Shown in pieces: positions 19,125 through 29,335 of a stretch of 64,000 nt of DNA (position 1 is the stretch's first letter; each line of letters opens with the position of its first letter). The notes beneath the pieces were generated by a model that ran no database searches, was not told the origin of the DNA, and saw nothing but the letters and a program-made list of their open reading frames with translations. The position numbers and the translations under genes were made by a program. Source of the DNA: an uncultured bacterium (GTDB lineage: Bacteria; Verrucomicrobiota; Kiritimatiellia; PWTM01); NCBI GenBank assembly GCA_900661335.1, contig CAACVY010000002.1:3955-67954 (forward strand). Direction: 5' to 3'.

Positions 19125-20929
19125 GTGTTCCGCCGCTCGATAGGATCCGCAACTTTTGCATCATCGCGCACATTGATCATGGCAAGTCTACCTTGGCGGA
19201 CCGCCTGCTGGAATTGACGGGCTTGATCTCGCCGCGCGATGCCATGCCGCAGGTGTTGGATGCGATGGATTTAGAGCGTGAGCGAGGCATCACCATCAAA
19301 GCCCATCCAGTATGCATGCCGTACCGCGCTCGGGATGGCGTGGAGTACTGGTTTCACTTGATCGACACGCCCGGACACGTGGATTTCTCGTACGAAGTGA
19401 CGCGCAGCATGGCCGCGTGCGAAGGGGCGATCTTGGTTGTAGACGCCACGCAAGGGGTGGAGGCTCAAACCGTCGCCAACACCTTGCTGGCGATGGAGTA
19501 CAACCTCACCATCATCCCGGTGCTGAACAAGATCGACCTGCCCGGCGCGGATATCGATGGGGTGCGGCGTCAGATCGAAGAGGTCTTGGCGATTCCGGCG
19601 GACGACGCGTTGTGCGCCAGCGCCAAGACTGGGCAGGGCGTGCCCGAGCTCGTGGAGGAAATCGTCCGGCGCATTCCACCACCGCGGGCAGGACGGGCGG
19701 ACACGCTTCGTGCGTTGGTGTTCGACTCGACCTACGATCCCTACCGCGGCGTGGTGCCGTATGTGCGCGTCGTGGATGGGGAGATTCGTCCGGGCTCGAT
19801 GATCCGGCTGATGAGCACGGGCCGGGACTATGAGGTCAAGGAGGTCGGTCAGTTCTCGCCCAAACCGGTGCCGAAGGACGTCCTAGGGATGGGGATGGTC
19901 GGCTACCTTGTGGCGGGCATCCGGCATCCCAGCGAGATCCGCATCGGCGACACGATCACGGACTCGCGTCGGCCGGCCGGCGAGCCCTTGCCGGGGTTTC
20001 GGCGCGTGCGGCCGATGGTGTTTTGCGGTCTGTATCCAGTCAACAGCGCAGATTACGAGAAGCTTAAGGCGAGCTTGGAAAAGTACAGCTTGAACGACAG
20101 CGCCTTGGAGTTTCAGCCGGAGTCGTCGTCGGCGCTGGGGCTGGGGTTCCGATGTGGGTTCCTTGGCTTGTTGCACATGGAGATCGTTCAAGAGCGATTG
20201 CGCCGAGAGTACGACTGCGACCTGATCGCGACCTATCCGGGGGTCGTCTACCGCGTGTATCTGACCAATGGCGAGATGCGCGAAGTGGACAATCCGGTGC
20301 ACTTGCCCGAACCCACTCGGATCGAGCGGATCGAAGAACCAGTCATCCGGGCACGGATTCTTAGCCATAGCGAGCACATTGGCGACGTGATGCAGTTGAT
20401 TCTGGACAAGCGCGGGACGCTGGAGAAAACCGAGTCGATTGACGCTCGCCGAGTCATGTTGACGGCGCGGCTTCCCTTGAATGAGGTGTTGGTGGACTTC
20501 CATGACCGCCTGAAGAGCATCAGCCGCGGCTATGCGTCGCTCGACTACGAGTTGATCGGCTACGAGCCCTCCGACATCGTCCGCCTGGATATCTTGATCA
20601 ACCACGAGCCTGTGGATGCGTTCGCGTGTTTGGTCCACCGCTCGAAGGCGGCGGCACGCGGTCGTCAGATTTGTCGCTCGTTGCTGGAGGCCATTCCACG
20701 ACACCAGTTCGCCATCCCGATCCAGGCCGCGTTGGGGCGGATGATCATAGCTCGGGAGACAATTCGGCCGTTTCGGAAGGATGTCACTGCCAAATGTTAT
20801 GGCGGCGACATCACGCGTAAGCGCAAGCTGTTGGAGCGGCAGAAAGAAGGAAAGAAGCGCATGAAACAGGTTGGCGAGGTCTCGATTCCCCAGGAGGCGT
20901 TCATCCGTGTACTGAAGGCGGATATCTAG
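19121..20929 (+). CDS. lepA: Translation elongation factor 4
   Basis: [34 protein letters not shown], and the LepA C-terminal block [28 protein letters not shown] at 19121 overlaps the rpe stop (ATGA). Confidence 0.92.
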   Translation: MSVPPLDRIRNFCIIAHIDHGKSTLADRLLELTGLISPRDAMPQVLDAMDLERERGITIKAHPVCMPYRARDGVEYWFHLIDTPGHVDFSYEVTRSMAACEGAILVVDATQGVEAQTVANTLLAMEYNLTIIPVLNKIDLPGADIDGVRRQIEEVLAIPADDALCASAKTGQGVPELVEEIVRRIPPPRAGRADTLRALVFDSTYDPYRGVVPYVRVVDGEIRPGSMIRLMSTGRDYEVKEVGQFSPKPVPKDVLGMGMVGYLVAGIRHPSEIRIGDTITDSRRPAGEPLPGFRRVRPMVFCGLYPVNSADYEKLKASLEKYSLNDSALEFQPESSSALGLGFRCGFLGLLHMEIVQERLRREYDCDLIATYPGVVYRVYLTNGEMREVDNPVHLPEPTRIERIEEPVIRARILSHSEHIGDVMQLILDKRGTLEKTESIDARRVMLTARLPLNEVLVDFHDRLKSISRGYASLDYELIGYEPSDIVRLDILINHEPVDAFACLVHRSKAAARGRQICRSLLEAIPRHQFAIPIQAALGRMIIARETIRPFRKDVTAKCYGGDITRKRKLLERQKEGKKRMKQVGEVSIPQEAFIRVLKADI

Positions 20930-20942
20930 AAGGGACACACGC

Positions 20943-22121
20943 ATGGTTGCTTCGACATCCTCGTCTGGTTTCAGAAAAGTTCTTTGGCTCGTTCGTTGGT
21001 GGCGGGCACGTCGGCGGCGGAAGGCGTTGCGCGACTTGGCCGACCACGCCCGACACGTGCGGGCTATGTGGGAAGACGTGGCATCCGCCAAGCTCGTCGA
21101 CGAGGTTCGCCGCGCGGAAGAGGCGCTTCGGGCCGCCCTTCGAGCGAAGAATCCGGAGGCCGCCGAGCGGGCGGCGGCGCAGCTCGAGACTGCATTGGGT
21201 CAACTCCAGCCGCAACGGCCGTTGCCCTGGGTGCGCGAGGTCGTCGAAATCGTGGCCGTGGCGGGCGCGGTCGCGATGGCGCTTCGTTGCTATTTTGTAC
21301 AGCCGTTTCGAATCCCCACAGGGTCCATGCAGCCGACGTTGTACGGTGTGCAGGTCCAGGAGCAGACGGGCAGAAAATGGTATGACTGGCCTCCCCTGTC
21401 TTGGGCGAGTTGGGCGCTGTTGGGTGAGGGCTACGTAGAAGTGCGCGCCCGCACGTTTGGCTATGTCGGCGCAATCTATCCTACACCGGATGGAGAATAC
21501 AGTGTCTTGGAGGTCGTGGCTCAACCGCCAAACGGAACCGGCCCGATGCCTCTCGGGTCGGGAGTGCCTCACAAATTCCGACTTCGATTGCCTCTTCGCG
21601 TAGTGCCGGGCCAATTTGTCGCGAAGGGCGAGGTGCTGGCATCAGGCCGCGTCAAAATCGGCGATCACGTGTTCGTGGACAAGATCCGCTATAACTTTCT
21701 TCGGCCCTCACGGGGCGACATCATCGTGTTCGACACGGAGAAGGTGGATTTCCCAGATTTGCGGGGGGATTTCTATATCAAGCGGTTGGCCGGTTTGCCC
21801 GGCGAGCGAATTTCAATTCGCCCACCGCACTTGGTGGTCAACGGGGCGCCCATCGAGTCGCCGTACCCGTTCTATCGGTTGGTTCACGACCCACGTTACC
21901 ATGGTTACCAGCTGCCCGCAGGTGGCTCACCGCGCCCGCCGCGGCTGTCCACATCGGAAGACGTGCTCGTGCTCGGACCCGACGAGTATTTGCCGTTGGG
22001 GGACAACACACTCTCGAGCCTCGACGGACGCTACTTTGGACCAGTGCATCGCTCCGCGTTGGTCGGCCCTGCGTTCATGGTCTACTGGCCACTCTCGAAG
22101 CGGTGGGGATGGGTGCGCTGA
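20943..22121 (+). CDS. lepB: Signal peptidase I with long N-terminal extension
   Basis: S26 boxes GSMQPTLYG (Ser), RGDIIVFD, YIKRLAGLPGERI (Lys), GDNTLSSLDGRYFG. Confidence 0.8.
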   Translation: MVASTSSSGFRKVLWLVRWWRARRRRKALRDLADHARHVRAMWEDVASAKLVDEVRRAEEALRAALRAKNPEAAERAAAQLETALGQLQPQRPLPWVREVVEIVAVAGAVAMALRCYFVQPFRIPTGSMQPTLYGVQVQEQTGRKWYDWPPLSWASWALLGEGYVEVRARTFGYVGAIYPTPDGEYSVLEVVAQPPNGTGPMPLGSGVPHKFRLRLPLRVVPGQFVAKGEVLASGRVKIGDHVFVDKIRYNFLRPSRGDIIVFDTEKVDFPDLRGDFYIKRLAGLPGERISIRPPHLVVNGAPIESPYPFYRLVHDPRYHGYQLPAGGSPRPPRLSTSEDVLVLGPDEYLPLGDNTLSSLDGRYFGPVHRSALVGPAFMVYWPLSKRWGWVR

Positions 22122-22690
22122 CGGTGCGTTGCTCGGACCGGCCAGGGACGTCGGAAAGGCCGTGGATGAGCCGCAGGCCTGCCTTTCGCATCGCTGGGTT
22201 GTCACACGCCCCGCGGTATCGACCGCCAAGCGCCCACTCGTCGGGGGAGCTCGTGAACCGCGCTGGGCGGTACTTGGTGGTTCGGGTGTTGCGGATTCTT
22301 GGGCCGGACGGTATGTTGAAAGCGGGTCTGCCCGCACCCGTTCAGAAGCAGGATTCGACTCGACCAACATGTGCTGTGTGCGCTCAATGCTCGAAGTGGC
22401 TCGCCTCCTCACTCCTTTCCAGGTCCGAGCGCAGCGGAGTGATCTGGGCGTGTGCGGCGTGACGAGGACGATCTCAGGAGGCGCGGACGTCGTGGCCACA
22501 GTGTGCACTCTGGCCAGGCCTGCGCGAGATGGACGGAGCCCAACCATGACCGATGCAGTGGCCCCGACGCAATGGGAATTACCGAGACGATTCTGGCCAG
22601 AGTTCGGATGGCGGAACGTACCCAGTCGTTGGATGCGGTGGGCGATCGAATGTTCACTGCGAAACCACGCCCTACGGAATGCGACCACCC

Positions 22691-23497
22691 ATGGAGCGAG
22701 ACCTTCACGTCCACACGTTCTTTTCTCCGTGTGCTGAACCGACCATGAGTTTCGAGGCGATCCTCGAGGCCGCGGCTCGTGCCGGTTTGTACGAGGTGGG
22801 GTTGGTGGATCATCCCCACCGCCCCGGTCTGGACCGACATCAAGTCGCATTGGACCGTGCCCGAGAAACTCATCGCGGCCCCGTGCACGCGTGGATCGGT
22901 GCGGAGCTGGAGGTCGTGGGTTTCCAACGATTGGCCATTCCGCCCTCCCAGCTGCCGGCCGCGGATTACATCCTGGCGGCGGCCTCGCACTACGACGTGG
23001 TGCGCGCGCCACCGGTGATACATCTAGAGGATCCGTTCGAATGGGCCGATCGGCTAATGTCCGATCTGGAAAACGCCGTGGGCTCCGGCGCCCATGTCAT
23101 CGCCCATCCCTTCTACGCATATGTACTGGTCCATCCGACTCCCGGAGTTCGACTCGCAGCGCTGGACGACATTCTTGCTGAGATCCGGCCGGCGCGCGTG
23201 GACCGTTGGTTGGAGTCGCTGGCCCGGGAGGGCATGGCGCTGGAAATCAGTCCGCGCGCGTGTACGCACCTTGGTCTGGAATCGTTTTTGGAAGGCGTGT
23301 ACCGAAAAGCTAAACAGTTGGGCATCCAGTTCGCCACTGGCAGTGATGCGCATCGCGTCGGGGCCATCGGGGCGTTTGGCCAGGCGGAACAACTGATCCG
23401 ACGCCTAGAGCTCGGGGAGCGTGATTTGTGGAGTCCGACCTATGCGATCCGCGCACGAGCCAGAACGCCGCAAACGAATACGATTCGGGGCCATTGA
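22691..23497 (+). CDS. PHP-domain (histidinol-phosphatase-like) metal-dependent phosphoesterase
   Basis: DLHVHTFFSPCA, LVDHPH, VIAHPF, GSDAHR. Start is ATG 22691 or 22679. Confidence 0.65.
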   Translation: MERDLHVHTFFSPCAEPTMSFEAILEAAARAGLYEVGLVDHPHRPGLDRHQVALDRARETHRGPVHAWIGAELEVVGFQRLAIPPSQLPAADYILAAASHYDVVRAPPVIHLEDPFEWADRLMSDLENAVGSGAHVIAHPFYAYVLVHPTPGVRLAALDDILAEIRPARVDRWLESLAREGMALEISPRACTHLGLESFLEGVYRKAKQLGIQFATGSDAHRVGAIGAFGQAEQLIRRLELGERDLWSPTYAIRARARTPQTNTIRGH

Positions 23498-23501
23498 ACT
23501 C

Positions 23502-24233
23502 ATGACCTCGTCTCACCGTGTGGTGCTGATGGACATCGATGGGACTCTGCTTCAGACGGACGGCGCTGGACGCGCATCCTTCTCAGATGCTGTGTGGGCG
23601 GTGCTCGGGCGGCAGGATGACCTCGCGGATATCGCGTTTGCCGGCGCCACGGACCTGGGCGTGCTGCGGCAGATTCTGCAGAAGTATCAGCTATCCTTCT
23701 ATCCCGAATTGGCTGTACGGTTTTTTGCGGCCATGGAGGAGGCGCTTCGGCGCCGCTTGAATGTTACGCGCGTGATGGTGTTTCCAGGCGTGGTGGAGTT
23801 GCTAGATGCTCTGGGGCGGTACCGCCACATCCGGCTGGGGCTACTCACGGGCAATACGAGGGCCGGTGCGAGGGCCAAGCTCGAGGCTGCCGGACTGTGG
23901 GGGAAGTTTGAGTTCGGCGCTTACGGGGATGAACATTGGGACCGAAGTGAATTGGCACGGCGTGCGGTGGCTCGCTCCGGTGCGAGGTCCCCTCGGGACG
24001 TATGGATCGTGGGCGATACCCCCGAGGACGTTCGCTGTGCGCGGGCGGTCGGCGCACGGTGCCTGTGCGTGGCTACGGGGCAGTTTTCGGAAGCGGCGCT
24101 TTGGTCGGCCGGCGCAGATGAGGTGATTCCGAGTTTTGAAGGCAGAGCTGCATGGGTCCTTCAAAAGCTGTCGAACGACGAGACCCACCGGGAGAGACAA
24201 CCATGCGGAGACATCCCGACGGAGTGCAACTGA
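23502..24233 (+). CDS. HAD-superfamily phosphatase (phosphoglycolate-phosphatase-like)
   Basis: Motif I LMDIDGTLLQTDG, LLTGN, VGDTPEDV. ATG lies 5 nt after the upstream stop. Confidence 0.7.
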   Translation: MTSSHRVVLMDIDGTLLQTDGAGRASFSDAVWAVLGRQDDLADIAFAGATDLGVLRQILQKYQLSFYPELAVRFFAAMEEALRRRLNVTRVMVFPGVVELLDALGRYRHIRLGLLTGNTRAGARAKLEAAGLWGKFEFGAYGDEHWDRSELARRAVARSGARSPRDVWIVGDTPEDVRCARAVGARCLCVATGQFSEAALWSAGADEVIPSFEGRAAWVLQKLSNDETHRERQPCGDIPTECN

Positions 24234-24910
24234 CTCGAGCTCAGGTGGCCGCGATGATCGACTTGACGTTGCTGCGCCCCGAGAGCACGGCGCGAGACAT
24301 CGTTCGGCTTTGCGCCGATGCGCGTATCCACCATGTCGCCGCGGTGTGCGTCAATCCCGTATTCGTCGAGCTGGCGGTGCGAGAGTTGTCCGGGACCCGC
24401 GTGCGCGTCGCCACGGTGGTGGGGTTTCCGTTGGGTGCCACGACAACGGCCATCAAGGTCGCCGAGGCGCGCGAGGCCATCGACCACGGGGCGGCAGAAA
24501 TTGACATGGTGATGTTTATTGGTGGACTTAAGGGCGGCGATGCCCCTCGCGTCGAAGAAGATATCCGCCGGGTGGTCGAGGTATGCCATCAACATCGCGC
24601 GCTATGCAAAGTCATTCTCGAGACATGCTTGCTGAACCAGGAAGAGAAGCTCAAAGCCGTCGAGCTTTGCATACGCGCGGGAGCGGACTTCGTGAAAACC
24701 TCCACGGGCTTTTCTACCGGCGGTGCAACGGCCGAGGACGTGGCGCTGCTGGCTTCGGTGGCTCGGCCCGCCGGACTTGGGGTGAAAGCCGCGGGCGGAA
24801 TCCGCACGGCGGATGATGTCCGCCGAATGATCACCGCGGGCGCGACTCGGATTGGAACGAGTAGCGGAGTGGCCATCTTGCAAGCGTGGGAAGGGCCCCA
24901 GCGCCAATGA
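24203..24910 (+). CDS. deoC: Deoxyribose-phosphate aldolase
   Basis: MIDLTLLRPEST, VCVNP, KVILE, and DFVKTSTGF (Schiff-base Lys context). Confidence 0.85.
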   Translation: MRRHPDGVQLTRAQVAAMIDLTLLRPESTARDIVRLCADARIHHVAAVCVNPVFVELAVRELSGTRVRVATVVGFPLGATTTAIKVAEAREAIDHGAAEIDMVMFIGGLKGGDAPRVEEDIRRVVEVCHQHRALCKVILETCLLNQEEKLKAVELCIRAGADFVKTSTGFSTGGATAEDVALLASVARPAGLGVKAAGGIRTADDVRRMITAGATRIGTSSGVAILQAWEGPQRQ

Positions 24911-26097
24911 GAGTCGCGCTGATCGTTCTGGATTCGTGCGGAATTGGGCCGGCTCCGGACGCGGCCGACTACGGGGATGATGGCGCGGCCACGTTACCCC
25001 ACACCGCGGCGGCAGTCGAAGGACTCCACTTGCGGGTTCTCGCGTCGTGGGGGCTGGGGAATATTCCACCGCTCTTTGGAGGACCGCCCATCGTAGGCGT
25101 GCCCCCGGTGCGTGCGCCTGAGGCGTCCTACGGTGCGATGGAAGAGCAGTCCGAAGGCAAGGACACGATTACCGGGCACTGGGAAATCGGCGGGCTCTTG
25201 ATGCGACCAGGCTTTCAGTTGTTCCCGCCCGGTCCGCCGTCGTTTCCCGAGGAGCTCATCCGCGAGTTCGAACGCCGTACGGGGCGGCGGGTGATTGGGA
25301 ACCGGGCGGCGGATGGCGTGGCCATCATGAACGAACTAGGCCCAGTCCAGATGGCCACCGGCGCGTGGATCGTCTATACGAGCGCCGACTCGGTTTTCCA
25401 GATCTGCGCGCACGAAGAGGTCATTCCACTCGAAGAGTTGTACCGTGCTTGCGAAATTGCGCGGGAGTTGTGCAACCCCTTACGAGTGGGTCGCGTGATC
25501 GCGCGCCCGTACGTGGGTCGCCCCGGAGAGTTTCGCCGCACGACGAATCGCCGCGACTATCCGTATCCGATGCCCGAGCCTAGCATCTTGGAAGCGCTTG
25601 CTGGTGCGCGCGTTCAGGTTTACGCCGTGGGGAAAATCGTCGACATTTTCAATGGCCGCGGCATCGCCGAAAGTCTCCACACGGGCACCAACGTGGAGTC
25701 GCAGGCGGCGGTGGAATCGTTCTGGGACCGACTCGAGAATGGCCTGATCATGGCCAACTTCATCGACTTCGACATGTTGTACGGGCACCGCCGCGACCCG
25801 CGGGGCTATGCGCGAGCCTTGGAGCAAACGGATCAGTGGCTCGAGAAGTTTGTTCGCCGAGTGGGACTACACGATGCGATCGTGATCACCGCCGACCATG
25901 GTAATGACCCAACGTGGCGCGGCACCGACCATACGCGCGAGCGCGTCCCGATCCTCGTGTACCGCCCAGGGCATACCGGCCGTTCGCTCGGGCTGCGCAA
26001 GGGCTATTACGATGTCGCCGCTACCTTGGCACAGTGGTTCGGCCTCCCAACGTGGCCGCGCGGGCGGTCGTTCGATGTGCCCGACCACGTGAACTGA
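24907..26097 (+). CDS. deoB: Phosphopentomutase
   Basis: MRVALIVLDSCGIGPAPDAADYGD..., ITADHGNDPT. About 397 aa. ATG overlaps the deoC stop (ATGA). Confidence 0.88.
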   Translation: MRVALIVLDSCGIGPAPDAADYGDDGAATLPHTAAAVEGLHLRVLASWGLGNIPPLFGGPPIVGVPPVRAPEASYGAMEEQSEGKDTITGHWEIGGLLMRPGFQLFPPGPPSFPEELIREFERRTGRRVIGNRAADGVAIMNELGPVQMATGAWIVYTSADSVFQICAHEEVIPLEELYRACEIARELCNPLRVGRVIARPYVGRPGEFRRTTNRRDYPYPMPEPSILEALAGARVQVYAVGKIVDIFNGRGIAESLHTGTNVESQAAVESFWDRLENGLIMANFIDFDMLYGHRRDPRGYARALEQTDQWLEKFVRRVGLHDAIVITADHGNDPTWRGTDHTRERVPILVYRPGHTGRSLGLRKGYYDVAATLAQWFGLPTWPRGRSFDVPDHVN

Positions 26098-26568
26098 CTC
26101 GCGGCGTCGAAGGATATCGTCCTCATCGGGCAGAGGCGAGGCCTGAAGCGCGGCACGTCCACCCTGAGAGCGTTCCAATCGGGGTGCGAACCTAGCCGGA
26201 GTCCAGCCAATCTCCTCTGAAAGCGCGTCGGTCAGCCTATTGTTGTTTTTGTGAGTACCCTTCCTTTCTTTTTGCGTACGGGCGATGATCGGCGGCCAGA
26301 AACCAGGAACCTTCCTAAGCTCCCACGATGGGGCCACCGCACGCCGAGCCATGCGCCCCACGACTCGGCTCGTCCCGGGTTCCGTTTGGGTTTATCCAAA
26401 TCATCCACTCGGCGCCCCCAGCCGCATGAAAACTATCCCAGGAGCGGGCATGGTTTCATTGGAAAAACTTCCCTACACACGTCCAAGGAATGGATAAGTG
26501 CTGGTGGAGGGGGCTTTACGCACGAAGCTCGCCCGCGGGGGATCCTTCGCTCGTGAACGAACGGCGTC

Positions 26569-27435
26569 TTAACGGGACCGCTCCACCACGTGGATGGCGA
26601 GCTGACGGAGCGGCTCGGTCGGTCCCGGAAAGTTCTCCAGATGGCGTAGAGCCTCTGTCATGAGGTCGCGTGCCATGCGAACGGATTCGTCAAGGCCGAA
26701 CACCGACACCCACGTCATCTTTTTTCGTGCTGCGTCGGACCCAGTCGCCTTCCCGAGTTGTTCGGGAGTGGAGGTGACATTGAGAATGTCGTCCACGATT
26801 TGGAAGGCCAGGCCGATCGCGCGTCCGTAACGCCCGAGCGCCTCGAGGATCATGGGCGGTGCTGCGGCGCAAATTCCCCCCATCCGGCAGGATGCTTCGA
26901 TCAACGACGCGGTCTTTCGCTCGTGGATTCGGCGCACGAATGTGGGGTCGGGGGGGAGCCCCTCGGCCTGAAGGTCGTCGCACTGTCCTCCCGCCACACC
27001 GCGCGTTCCCGCGGCGCGAGCGAGTTCGGCCACGAGCGCGGCGGCTTGAGGGCATTGGCTGAGCAGCTCGAACGCAAAGGTATGAAGGGCGTCACCAGCC
27101 AGAATCGCGATGCTCTCGCCGAAGACTTTATGTGTGGTGGGACGCCCTCGGCGCAGATCATCGTTGTCCATCGCCGGTAGATCGTCGTGGACCAAGGTGT
27201 AGGTGTGGAAGCATTCGAGGGCCAGCGCAGGTCGAAGCGCGGATTCCGCCGTGCCTCCGGCCGCTTCTGCTGCGGCCAAGCACAGAATCGGTCGCAGTCG
27301 TTTACCGCCGGACTGCACGGAATAACGCATGGCACGGTGCAGCAGTTCGGGCGGTTCGGTTTCCCGGGGCAAATAATCGTCCAACGCTTGCTCAATCCAT
27401 GTCCGCCGTTCTTCGAGGTACTGTTCGAAGTTCAT
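26569..27435 (-). CDS. Polyprenyl (farnesyl/geranylgeranyl) diphosphate synthase
   Basis: First Asp-rich motif LVHDDLPAMDNDDLRRGRPT and second motif FQIVDDILN. Start at ATG 27435 (MNFEQYL). Confidence 0.85.
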   Translation of the reverse strand: MNFEQYLEERRTWIEQALDDYLPRETEPPELLHRAMRYSVQSGGKRLRPILCLAAAEAAGGTAESALRPALALECFHTYTLVHDDLPAMDNDDLRRGRPTTHKVFGESIAILAGDALHTFAFELLSQCPQAAALVAELARAAGTRGVAGGQCDDLQAEGLPPDPTFVRRIHERKTASLIEASCRMGGICAAAPPMILEALGRYGRAIGLAFQIVDDILNVTSTPEQLGKATGSDAARKKMTWVSVFGLDESVRMARDLMTEALRHLENFPGPTEPLRQLAIHVVERSR

Positions 27436-27860
27436 GTGCTCAGCATACGATGTGTTCAGAGTCCGGCCAAATTCGAAGGCCAACTGCGGCGATGTTGGCC
27501 CTCTCGCATTTGGTGGCAATCGGCGGGGAAAACGCATCGGCGGTAATTCCGACCATGCAAAAAAGCGCGAATCATGCCACTAACTTGAGGAACGCCGAGA
27601 TCTCTTTCGCTGTTTTCATGGGGGCGGAGCCGCCTCAGGTGTGTACTGGGCTAAGGAATGGAACATTTGGACCTTTTGGTGGGCTTGTCCGGTCTTCTTG
27701 AGTGTGGGCTGGCGCGAGGTTCCGGTCGGAGCATGATCCGCTTGACCGAGGAGGTCAAGGCCTACAGCCAGAGGGACATGTCTGGCGCCACCGCCGGCGC
27801 GATGGGTGGGGTGGGCAAGTAGACACTCGCGCCATGGTGTTGGAGTGATACACTAGAGAC

Positions 27861-28883
27861 ATGACCGAATCGATTCTGCTGTGGGTGGTCTTGGTCATTT
27901 TGCTGATAGTGTTGGTGGTGGTCGGGGTCCTACTGTGGAGGAAACTCCTGCGGGTGGATAGGGAGACCGAGCCGGCGTTGATGTTGCTTCAGAACCAGCT
28001 CAACGCAGTCCAACAGCGGCTCGATAGCTTTGCGCAGGTCGTGCAGCAGAGCCTTCAGACCTCTTCCTCGGAAGTGGGGCAGCGGTTGGAGCAGACTGGC
28101 CGCGTGGTAGCGGATTTGCGCGAAAAGGTCGGCCAAATCGAGGAAGTGGGCCGAGCGGCCGTGGAAATGGTGCAGTTGCTGCGAGCGCCGAAGCAGCGGG
28201 GAATCGTCGGCGAGCTGGCGTTGAGTCGTATGCTGGCCGAAACCTTGCCGGTCAGCCACTACGTACTGCAGTACGGCTTCCGCAGCGGGGATCGAGTGGA
28301 CGCGGTGATCCGCGTGGGCGAACACTTGGTGCCGGTTGATGCGAAGTTTCCATTGGAGAGTTATCAACGAGCGGTTCGAGCCGCCACGGAGGCGGATCGC
28401 GTTCAAGCGCGGCGCGCGTTTCAGAAAGACGTGCAGGGTCATATCGAGGCGATCACCAAGAAGTACATTCGGCCCGAGGAGGGCACGTTTGATTTCGCAT
28501 TGATGTATGTGCCGGCGGAGTCGGTGTACTACGAGATCTTGGCGGGGGGCGAGGAGGGGAACGGATCACTGTTTCAGTATGCGTTGAAGCGTCACGTGAT
28601 TCCGGTCAGCCCGGGCACGTTCTATTCCTACCTCCAGACGATTCTCCTGGGATTGCGCGGACTGCAGATCGAGGCCAAGGCGAAGGAAATTCTCGGGGCG
28701 ATTCAAGGGTTGCAACAAGGCCTCGCAGACGTGAAGGACAACTTGAGAACGCTGGGCACGCATTTGCGCAACGCTGTACAGATGCATGGGCGAGTGGAGC
28801 AGGGGTTGAGCCGTCTAGAAGTTCAACTGGCCGGTCTGCAAGGTTCCGGGCGAGCCGCGGAGGATCCTGCGGGACCCACCTGA
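27861..28883 (+). CDS. rmuC: DNA recombination protein RmuC
   Basis: N-terminal TM helix, a long coiled-coil-like segment, then an RmuC nuclease-like block (DAVIRVGEHLVPVDAKFP...ALMYVPAESVYYE). Confidence 0.8.
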   Translation: MTESILLWVVLVILLIVLVVVGVLLWRKLLRVDRETEPALMLLQNQLNAVQQRLDSFAQVVQQSLQTSSSEVGQRLEQTGRVVADLREKVGQIEEVGRAAVEMVQLLRAPKQRGIVGELALSRMLAETLPVSHYVLQYGFRSGDRVDAVIRVGEHLVPVDAKFPLESYQRAVRAATEADRVQARRAFQKDVQGHIEAITKKYIRPEEGTFDFALMYVPAESVYYEILAGGEEGNGSLFQYALKRHVIPVSPGTFYSYLQTILLGLRGLQIEAKAKEILGAIQGLQQGLADVKDNLRTLGTHLRNAVQMHGRVEQGLSRLEVQLAGLQGSGRAAEDPAGPT

Positions 28884-29280
28884 CCGTCGCCAAGCGTGTA
28901 CTTCATGGCCTAGGCTGAGGCCAGAATGTCCGGGTTCGGCCAGCGTCCGCGCGGGTCATGTCGCGCCCGAGCTTCCGCGGGTGGTCCCGGAGAATTGGCG
29001 CAGTTTGAGCCAAAGCAAACTCTTCTGCTGTGTGCGCACATTCCACAAGGTTTCGAAAAACCGGGGGAGTGTAAAGATCGAGTGGTTAAGTGGTAAAACC
29101 GCGCTCGGTCCGGGTGGAAGGACTGGTCTTCGATTCATGGCCGTACAGGGTGCTGGCCCGCATGGCGGGGCTTCTAGCGACAGTCCGGTTTCGAGTGCCG
29201 GTGCGCCGACGTCCGCCGTCTTGCAAGGCTGTCGAATGGGCGGCTCGCACCGCGGTTTGAGAGCATTGCGCGGATTTGGC

Positions 29281-29309
29281 TTGACGATCTGTAGTTGGTT
29301 AGGTTTACT
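29281..29309 (+). promoter_or_regulatory. Candidate sigma70-type promoter TTGACG-N17-TTTACT
   Basis: TTGACG (29281-29286), 17-nt spacer, TTTACT (29304-29309). Lies 27 nt upstream of ATG 29336, with AAGGA between. Confidence 0.3.
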
Positions 29310-29335
29310 CATAAATTCGAAAGGACGCAGCAAGG

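Noticed and set aside
26482-26494. TCCAAGGAATGGA as a fourth palindrome-array locus
   Set aside because: One arm is imperfect and there is no partner at plus or minus 32 nt, so a single degenerate site cannot be distinguished from chance.
27700-27800. Structured-looking GC-rich segment in the ispA/rmuC divergent spacer as SRP (4.5S) RNA
   Set aside because: It lacks the conserved GGUCCGGAAGGAAGCAGCC-type helix-8 motif with GNRA loop. There is only vague similarity.
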